Virus record (IMG/VR): IMGVR_UViG_3300022602_000038
Coordinates: 64,001-128,000 of that record
Origin: a virus
DNA: 64,000 nucleotides
Direction: 5' to 3' (one strand)
Made by a program: the position numbers and the translations under genes. The number at the start of each line of letters is the position of its first letter. Position 1 is the stretch's first letter. Under the pieces are notes generated by a model. It was not told the DNA's origin, made no database searches, and saw nothing but the letters and a program-made list of their open reading frames with translations. Shown here one piece after another: positions 57,107-64,000 of the stretch.

Positions 57107-57909
57107 CCATTAACGTAATTTCTAAACTCAATTAAATTACTTGCAATGATTCTTTCTTGTATTGTGTCTGGTACTACATCTAACAGATCTACAAGCTTAG
57201 TAGACTCTTTTTTCCAGTTACCTATTGCGTCAGTGTATCTTATTCTTTTAATACCATGAACAATAGGAGATGATGTATCTAATGTTTCGATCCAATTATA
57301 TTCAGGACCTTGATAGAAACTAAACTCTCTCGGGTGAGCACAACCTAGTAAGTGATGAGGTTTGTCTTTATTAATAATACCATCGTTCATTAATTGGGTG
57401 AGTGTTATTACTCTACCCATCATATAAGATACCCACTTGTTAGGGTGCGGAAATAGTTTAAGATAATAAGAGTAATCGAACGATATAGCTAATTTATCTA
57501 CATCAATTTCTTGATCTAAAGTTACATAACATTTAACTAACTCTGCATAAGTTTTACCTTGTACAACACCGATAGTTTTAGAGTTATTAAGAAAATCCCA
57601 CTCTCTCCATAGACATTTCTTAGCAGATTCAATTGTACCGTTACAATCTTCTAATACATCTGGTATAATATATTCAGTGGGATTAAGCTTTTCTATCCAG
57701 TAAGCATAACGTTTAGAATCAAAAGCTGTACCTAATTCAAATATAGAGTTATCTAATAGAACATGTCTACCTTGTTCTAAACTATCTACAAAGAAGGAAT
57801 AATAATCAGCATGATGTTCAAATAAATGCACTAATGCATAATCATAATCGTTGTATGTACGAGACATCTCGAGCATACTTAAAGGAGATTCGTGAGAAAT
57901 TTTAATCAT
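57103..57909 (-). CDS. TGT/DpdA-like TIM-barrel (DpdA3-type candidate)
   Basis: 'LLDNS.FELG', 'IPDV', 'GVVQG', 'HHLLG', 'LDTSSP'; adjacent to queF, formyltransferase and polB. Confidence 0.75.
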   Translation of the reverse strand: MIKISHESPLSMLEMSRTYNDYDYALVHLFEHHADYYSFFVDSLEQGRHVLLDNSIFELGTAFDSKRYAYWIEKLNPTEYIIPDVLEDCNGTIESAKKCLWREWDFLNNSKTIGVVQGKTYAELVKCYVTLDQEIDVDKLAISFDYSYYLKLFPHPNKWVSYMMGRVITLTQLMNDGIINKDKPHHLLGCAHPREFSFYQGPEYNWIETLDTSSPIVHGIKRIRYTDAIGNWKKESTKLVDLLDVVPDTIQERIIASNLIEFRNYVNG

Positions 57910-60470
57910 GAGAATAAATTAAATAAGTCTGTTTGTACTTCGCTATTAGTTTGTGGTAATTGCCAGTTAAGAGCGTCATATACAGCTTTAACTGGTGGTG
58001 TTATAATAGTATCGAACATTTCTTGATAATCAACTTGAAAATCGTTTAATTCCGGTGGAAAAGTACCTGTATAACATAGAGTATCAATATTATACTTGTT
58101 ACCTGCAATGTAAATTTTCTTTACTTTACCGCCAGATGTAATTCTTTCGTACTTGTTTTCAAGATTTCTATGTTTTAATAGCTGATTATACCAAATAGCA
58201 CCTTTTACGTGATTTGGAGTACCTTTTGATATTTTAAATCCTTCAGCCTTGACTTCATGCTTTTCAATATCACTTAAACCGCCTCTAATAGCGATATCAT
58301 CAGTAGAAAGCTTCTTAAACGTATCGTAAACCTCTCTATATAGAGTATTAGCTTTATTATGATCTTGACCTAACAAACTATTTTCAATGACTCGCTTAAT
58401 AAGTTCTTTAGCTTTTTTAGGTGTAGTAGAACGTGCAATTTCAACTCCAACGTATTTAAACTTATTAACATCAGCACCTTCATCGTTTAATACGTGTATA
58501 ATATAACGTTTCTTTTGTAGGTAAACACCTACATCACAAATAGATTCTCTCTTAAAAAAGTAACGAGGGTCAATAGATTTAAACTCAGATGCAGACCATT
58601 TCTTAATCTCACTATTTAAATATGTACCTATTTCTTTATCTATCAGGTTTAATCCCTCTGGGGTTACTTTACCCTCAGCAAATAGCTTTATCTTAAGCTT
58701 ATCAACAATTGGTTGAATAGTAACATGAGTACTGTCAGTGTCACCATATATATTAAGAGAAACGTCAACTCCGTATTGCTCTTTAGCATATGTATCAAGG
58801 ATAACACCTGCTTGTTTAACCACCGACTGACCAGTAAGAGTAATGCTACCGGCGTGATCACTATCACAAATAGGGCTAAACTTATTAGCAAAAACACCGT
58901 AGATAGAATTAAGAAGAATCTTAATGACGTGCTGTATGGTGTCAGCTCGTTCCATATTAGACTTACACGTTTTGTACTCATCTGTATTTGGGGTTAATTT
59001 ACTTAGCTTCTTTTTATAGTCTATATACTCATTTTTGTTTTTTACACGTTCACTGTAAAGACCATCAATTAAAGATGGTACAACACCTTTTTTCTTTTGA
59101 GTATACAGTACACCTGCTTTAGATATAGCTAGCTTTTCAACTTCTAAAAACCTATCAAACTTACTAGCAGTTATTTCATGAGTATTACCGCTAGCTGTAA
59201 GCAACGTAACTGTTTCATCTGTACGCTTTAATATCTTACCCATTTTAGTTTCAGGTGATATATTAAGAGTAATAATGGTATTAGGATATAGAGAGTTAGC
59301 ATCATAACTAACAATAGAAGTTTTTAAACCTCTTTCTGGTTCTCTTACATAACCGCCGTCAATTTCATCTCTTAGTGGTCCGCCCACGAAAGTTGGTATA
59401 ATCATGCCGTGTTTATAAGCTTCTAACGCAACACAACCAGTAACAATAGATACCTTACCTAAAGCAGCTTCAAAACTTGTTAGTCCTTTTGTCGCTAACA
59501 TGCGAATGATTTTAAAGAGCTGTAATTTACGCTCCATTCTGACAAGCAGTTCAACATCTTGAATATTATAATTAACAAAGTTATTCCAATCGCTTTGAGA
59601 TAAAGTAGCTAGGTTTGTAGCATTAATAGCTAGTTTACCTTCTCCGAGCTCGTGTTCTGCAACAAAGTTAAGAGAGTATGATTCAAGTAATTGACGTGAG
59701 AATCCCTTATACACTTCAAGATAATCCATAGCTGCAATGCCATGTATGTACCACTTATCTAATTTCTGTCCTTTAACAAATATCCCCTCTCTACACCATA
59801 CGCTATTTACAGGTGATAATCTCTTAGCTGCACCATCTCCGAAGATACTTGTAAGACGATTAATAATGTAAGGAAAGTCGAAAAAGTCTGTATTCCAACC
59901 AGTAAGAATATCTGGGTAATTATCGTCTTTTTCAAAGAATTCGATAAACTTACTGAGCATATCTACTTCGTTTTTACATAATGTGTAAATTACATTCTTT
60001 CTGTCAGTACTGTACGGACTACATCCCCAAGTATAAAAATTTTCAGATAGATTATCGTAAACTGTTATAAGATTAATAGGGTGCTTAGCGTCTTTAGCTT
60101 CCGGAAATTCATCTGGAGAATAAACTTCAATATCTAAGAAAAATATCTTAAGTGGAAACTTAGTAAACTCAGGTTTATCGTATTCGTCTTTAAACGTATC
60201 TATAAGAAACTGCTGTTCTACTTGAATGTTGTGGTATAGTCGCTTAATAGCGCCATCTTGAGACGCTCTATTACGTTCGTAGCTATTTTTATAAACCTTC
60301 TTTTTAAGTTTAGTATTAAAAATAGATAAAGCGTCAGCCGTATCAAGATTAGTTTCTATGTAGAAATAAGGTAAATGTGGTTGTTTTTTTACAACACGAT
60401 TACCATTTTCATCCCATGTAAAAAGATGACAGATACTATCTTTTGAACTATAATAAACGTTTCGGTACAC
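57906..60470 (-). CDS. Family B DNA polymerase (gp43-like)
   Basis: Exo 'DIE', 'GWN...FD', 'YNIQD'; pol 'YDANSLYP', 'K..LNSIYG', 'YGDTDS', 'KKRY'; C-terminal 'QTDLFNLF' clamp motif. Confidence 0.97.
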   Translation of the reverse strand: MYRNVYYSSKDSICHLFTWDENGNRVVKKQPHLPYFYIETNLDTADALSIFNTKLKKKVYKNSYERNRASQDGAIKRLYHNIQVEQQFLIDTFKDEYDKPEFTKFPLKIFFLDIEVYSPDEFPEAKDAKHPINLITVYDNLSENFYTWGCSPYSTDRKNVIYTLCKNEVDMLSKFIEFFEKDDNYPDILTGWNTDFFDFPYIINRLTSIFGDGAAKRLSPVNSVWCREGIFVKGQKLDKWYIHGIAAMDYLEVYKGFSRQLLESYSLNFVAEHELGEGKLAINATNLATLSQSDWNNFVNYNIQDVELLVRMERKLQLFKIIRMLATKGLTSFEAALGKVSIVTGCVALEAYKHGMIIPTFVGGPLRDEIDGGYVREPERGLKTSIVSYDANSLYPNTIITLNISPETKMGKILKRTDETVTLLTASGNTHEITASKFDRFLEVEKLAISKAGVLYTQKKKGVVPSLIDGLYSERVKNKNEYIDYKKKLSKLTPNTDEYKTCKSNMERADTIQHVIKILLNSIYGVFANKFSPICDSDHAGSITLTGQSVVKQAGVILDTYAKEQYGVDVSLNIYGDTDSTHVTIQPIVDKLKIKLFAEGKVTPEGLNLIDKEIGTYLNSEIKKWSASEFKSIDPRYFFKRESICDVGVYLQKKRYIIHVLNDEGADVNKFKYVGVEIARSTTPKKAKELIKRVIENSLLGQDHNKANTLYREVYDTFKKLSTDDIAIRGGLSDIEKHEVKAEGFKISKGTPNHVKGAIWYNQLLKHRNLENKYERITSGGKVKKIYIAGNKYNIDTLCYTGTFPPELNDFQVDYQEMFDTIITPPVKAVYDALNWQLPQTNSEVQTDLFNLFS

Positions 60471-60478
60471 AGCTTAAT

Positions 60479-60506
60479 ATTGTGGTACCATTTACCAAAA
60501 TATCAA
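60479..60506 (-). promoter_or_regulatory. Sigma70-like promoter TTGATA-N16-CACAAT for polB
   Basis: -10 box 8 nt before the GTG start. Confidence 0.4.
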
Positions 60507-61684
60507 GAAAAATATAGTCTCGTGAACTCATCAATATGATCTTCTAACCAGTATTTAGATGCAACTTTACGAGCACTATCAGATTCTGTAAGGTAAATAC
60601 GGCGATCCGATAAGACCTTTTTAAGTTTATCAATCATTTCATCTGCTGTATTGAAACGTAAAGGTGCTACCGGAGATGTATTATACGGTGTTAAATCTTG
60701 ACATATACATGGTAAGCCTAGTGCACCAGCTTCTAAATACTTAATTGGTGCTTTAGCTAAATTAAATTTGTTATTTTGTAGTGGAGCGATAGCCGCGTTT
60801 AAGTTTAAACTACTAAATGCAGCAGGGTAGTTCCAAATAGTAGCCCATGGTGTATACTCAATGTCACCGCTTCTTACTAAGTGATGCAGTTCTTGAGGTA
60901 CACCACCCATTAAAACCCACTTAAAGTACTTAGATGTTTTAATAATAACATCTGCAATATCACCGAAGTCGTCTTTTATACCTGGTACATTGGCAACATT
61001 AAAGTGTGTGGGGCTGCCAATATAACCTACCCTTGGACGTTTCTTATTTGCTTCGTAATTTTCTGTAATTTTTACTTTACTATAAAATCTGTCCATCCAG
61101 AACTTAGGCATGTAATTAGGTAATGTTATACCTTTTACCCCAGTTTTTTCTTGATAATATTTTGACATGTAGTCTGTAGGGGTTGTAATACCGTCACATA
61201 ACTGCATAATCTTTTCAGCTGTTTGAGTTATAGTCGGATCTACAAACGCTTCTCTAGCTTTATTGTACAGTGGTATATCATCTGGATATATTACATCGTC
61301 AATATCATAGTAAATCTTAAACTTGTTTGTTTTGTTAGAAACTGCCCTTAAATACTGTACAAATTGTAATTGGGTAGGAGTAACCTGTCTTTGTATTCTT
61401 ACAGAACTAATTCCATCATAAAAATTATCCTGTAAAATCATAAAATTATTATTGTTAATAATTCCTAATTGATTGCCGTTTATTACTGTTTCTGGCCAAT
61501 GAATTCTCCAGAAACCACAACCTTGATGATCTGCAGCATAACTTACAGCTCTTTTAGTACCGCCTGGTAATCCTGTAACTGGAGCAGAAGGTTGTACTGT
61601 TTCATTTACTAATGGACTACCAAAAGCAGGAGCTCCTAAAGGTAGTTGTGGAGCACCAAATACTCCGTTATTAAGATTTATCAT
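60503..61684 (-). CDS. GT-B fold glycosyltransferase
   Basis: 'GCGFWRI.WP', 'IQRQ', 'YDIDD', 'GYIGS.TH', 'APL..N.FN..K..IKYLEAG'. Confidence 0.8.
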   Translation of the reverse strand: MINLNNGVFGAPQLPLGAPAFGSPLVNETVQPSAPVTGLPGGTKRAVSYAADHQGCGFWRIHWPETVINGNQLGIINNNNFMILQDNFYDGISSVRIQRQVTPTQLQFVQYLRAVSNKTNKFKIYYDIDDVIYPDDIPLYNKAREAFVDPTITQTAEKIMQLCDGITTPTDYMSKYYQEKTGVKGITLPNYMPKFWMDRFYSKVKITENYEANKKRPRVGYIGSPTHFNVANVPGIKDDFGDIADVIIKTSKYFKWVLMGGVPQELHHLVRSGDIEYTPWATIWNYPAAFSSLNLNAAIAPLQNNKFNLAKAPIKYLEAGALGLPCICQDLTPYNTSPVAPLRFNTADEMIDKLKKVLSDRRIYLTESDSARKVASKYWLEDHIDEFTRLYFS

Positions 61685-63491
61685 AGTTTGTAGTTCTAGT
61701 TGTTATGCCGTTTTTCTTTTCAAGATAAACAATTTCTCCTCCGATACAGTATTTTTTACTTTCTTTACGATGAGAAATGATGTAAATTGATTCATTATAA
61801 TTATCTACTCGATCTTTAAGAATATCAAGTACTAACTCAATACCTTTCTCGTCTAAAGATGAGTCAAATAGTTCATCAAACATACTTAAATTCAACCACA
61901 CATCTGCTTGCGCTCTTCGTATATCCTGAAATGTAAAAAGCATTGCAAGGTCTATAGCTTTTCGTTCAGCACCTGAAAAATTGAAATAACTACATTCTAC
62001 ACCACGCTCATTAGTAATAATTTCTTCGAAAAACTCATTAAATACAACAGTACTATTACTTTCTAATTTACGTAGATACACACTCAATCGAGTATTAAGA
62101 ACTTGTAGTATCTTTTTAACGATAAACGATTTTACGCCTTCTTCAGATGTAATAAGTTTAGCATTTTCAATAATATCTAGCTTTTCTTGTAAATTGACTG
62201 TACTGTTTTTAATATCTAACTGTCTTCTTAATATCTTATCAATACTAACCTGTAAATCATTGGAGTCATTATTGAGTTGATCTATATCAACTACTAACGA
62301 CTGCAACCAAGATTCAAGTTGTTTAACTCGTTGTTCGACGTTCTTTACCTCTTGTTTACGTAAAGTAAATTCATTTAATTTACGCTCCATAGCTGGTATA
62401 GCTGTATCAAGTTTATCTAATCCTTTTTGAGCAGCAACTAACCGTTCTTTTTCTTTATCTCTTATTTCAGTATATTTGACTATTTCTACTTCACAGTCAG
62501 CTTTATCCTTTTCGTATTGGGTGTTAGCAGCTTCAGCTAAATCCTTACCGCAATAAGGACATTTACTATCGACTTTTTTAATTTTTTTAATACGGTCAGT
62601 ATTAAATTTAATATGCGCTTCTGCTTCTGTTACGACTTTATTAATACCGGCTACTTTTTTATTATAACTCTTCTCAGCTTCTTTTAAAAGCTTTAGATCT
62701 GTTTCGATTTTTTCTTGTGCTTGAGAGTTTACAGGTTCAAATTTACTTAACTTTACATTTAAATCCTCAAGTTCTTTTTTGTTGTTTGACTGCCGATCCT
62801 GCAATACTTTTAATCTCTTTTTCTTGTTTTCTTCGTAAATGTCTTTCTGTTTAGTAGCATCTAATAAAGACCTTTCAGTTTCTTCAAACTTAGTAGTTTC
62901 AATATCTAAAGCTTTTTTAGTATCGTTATAATCAGATCTTACCTGTAATAACATTTCTCCAAACACTTCAAGACCAAGTATACCTTCAATAAACTTTCGC
63001 TTTTCTACTTTCTTTTGTGCCATGAACGGTATAGTATTATTAATAGACATAATAATACTATTTTGAAGTACTTCAGAAGAGGTCTTAATTGTATCTACGA
63101 TTAATTCTGTGGTTTGTGGTACACCAGAACGAGTAACATCTTCTCCGTTTACATAGAATAAACATCTAGTAGGATTAATTGTTCTTATGATTTTACATTC
63201 GTTTATTTTATCACTCTGATAACTAAACTCTAATTCAACTTCACACAATTGATCCGGTGCTTGGTTATTAACTATGTTTTCCTTTTTAAGGTCTCGTATA
63301 GTACTACCATATAGAGCAAAGTGCACTGCATCTGCTATAGTAGATTTACCAACACCGTTTGCTCTATCAGATTTGTCGTAATTACGACCGGTAATAATAT
63401 TAAGACCTGGTTTAAACGTAATTTCTACAGGTTTCTTACCAACAGATAAGAAATTAGACAGTTTTATACGCTTAAAATAAACATAACGCAT
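61671..63491 (-). CDS. Rad50/SbcC-like recombination ATPase (gp46-like)
   Basis: 'NFLS', 'NGVGKS', 'CPYC' hook, 'FSGAE', 'FDELFDSSLD', 'ISH'. Confidence 0.95.
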   Translation of the reverse strand: MRYVYFKRIKLSNFLSVGKKPVEITFKPGLNIITGRNYDKSDRANGVGKSTIADAVHFALYGSTIRDLKKENIVNNQAPDQLCEVELEFSYQSDKINECKIIRTINPTRCLFYVNGEDVTRSGVPQTTELIVDTIKTSSEVLQNSIIMSINNTIPFMAQKKVEKRKFIEGILGLEVFGEMLLQVRSDYNDTKKALDIETTKFEETERSLLDATKQKDIYEENKKKRLKVLQDRQSNNKKELEDLNVKLSKFEPVNSQAQEKIETDLKLLKEAEKSYNKKVAGINKVVTEAEAHIKFNTDRIKKIKKVDSKCPYCGKDLAEAANTQYEKDKADCEVEIVKYTEIRDKEKERLVAAQKGLDKLDTAIPAMERKLNEFTLRKQEVKNVEQRVKQLESWLQSLVVDIDQLNNDSNDLQVSIDKILRRQLDIKNSTVNLQEKLDIIENAKLITSEEGVKSFIVKKILQVLNTRLSVYLRKLESNSTVVFNEFFEEIITNERGVECSYFNFSGAERKAIDLAMLFTFQDIRRAQADVWLNLSMFDELFDSSLDEKGIELVLDILKDRVDNYNESIYIISHRKESKKYCIGGEIVYLEKKNGITTRTTNYDKS

Positions 63492-63548
63492 TAGTTATAA
63501 TATAGCTTATAATCCATTAAAATCTACTTGCTTAATTCAGACTCCCTG

Positions 63549-63556
63549 TATAAATA
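63549..63556 (+). promoter_or_regulatory. T4-type late promoter TATAAATA
   Basis: Exact consensus 10 nt before ATG 63567. Confidence 0.65.
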
Positions 63557-63566
63557 CAGTCACAGT

Positions 63567-64000
63567 ATGACTGACTTAAAAGATTTAACTTTTTTAATAG
63601 CATTAAAAATCGATAGTGAGGATCGTCTTAATAATTTAGATACTACTATCAATTATTTGCAGTATCACTTTAACACAAATATTGTAATTTGTGAACAAGA
63701 TGTACAGCCGAAAATAAAAAACCGGTATAATTGTGAATACGTTTTTAGTGAAACTAAAGAGTTTTTCAATAGACAAAGAGGTGTTAATTTAGCTGCTAGA
63801 AAAGCCAAAACCCCTGTTATTGTACATTATGATGCGGATATTTTATTAACCCCTAATCAAATTAAAAAGTCAGTTGAAATAATTTCAACAAAACAAGCGC
63901 AAATCGTTTACCCGTATGATGGAAAGTTTTACGATGTACCTAAGAAATACCACTCGCAAATAAAGCAAACTAATAGTTTAGATGATATTAATTTAGCTGA
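63567..64000 (+). CDS. GT-A (GT2/GT7-like) glycosyltransferase, 3'-truncated; missing from the ORF track
   Basis: Translated by hand: MTDLKDLTFLIALKIDSEDRLNNL...ICEQD...FNRQRGVNLA...HYDADIL (DxD); open to the window end. Confidence 0.75.
   Translation, partial: MTDLKDLTFLIALKIDSEDRLNNLDTTINYLQYHFNTNIVICEQDVQPKIKNRYNCEYVFSETKEFFNRQRGVNLAARKAKTPVIVHYDADILLTPNQIKKSVEIISTKQAQIVYPYDGKFYDVPKKYHSQIKQTNSLDDINLA

Noticed and set aside
51876-60470. Inteins or introns in helicase, UvsX or PolB
   Set aside because: Lengths are normal and conserved motifs are contiguous.

Overview
AT-rich 64-kb fragment of a large T4-related (contractile-tailed) phage, probably infecting a diderm bacterium. 1-24.3 kb (+): tail-fibre/Gly-rich adhesin genes, a nucleotidyltransferase, then a T4-like tail and baseplate module (gp3, gp18 sheath, several gp19-type tubes, gp54/gp26/tape measure/gp48/gp53/gp27/gp5-like). 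24.4-31.2 kb (+): glycosylation operon (two GT60-type GlcNAc transferases, HtrL-type GTs, a NodU-type carbamoyltransferase). 31.2-47 kb (mostly -): accessory island with an outer-membrane beta-barrel, three flavin-dependent halogenase-like genes, tRNA-Glu/Ile2/Tyr, a complete tmRNA with a 28-codon tag, a candidate new ~104-nt structured RNA, a PD-(D/E)XK nuclease, methyltransferases, 2OG-Fe(II) oxygenases, an NDT-like enzyme, ClpP and FolE2. 47-63.5 kb (-): T4-like replisome (clamp, gp32, helicase, UvsX, PolB, gp46) with an embedded 7-deazaguanine DNA-modification cassette (TGT/DpdA-like, PurN-like formyltransferase, P-loop kinase, QueF). Main leads: (1) probable formyl-preQ1 replacement of guanine with candidate new components; (2) possible phage-encoded mucin-type O-glycosylation of Pro/Thr-rich virion proteins; (3) the unannotated switch-like RNA in the tRNA/tmRNA cluster; (4) a set of late proteins with capsid-targeting-like N-termini. 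All calls come from reading motifs by eye; no database searches were run.
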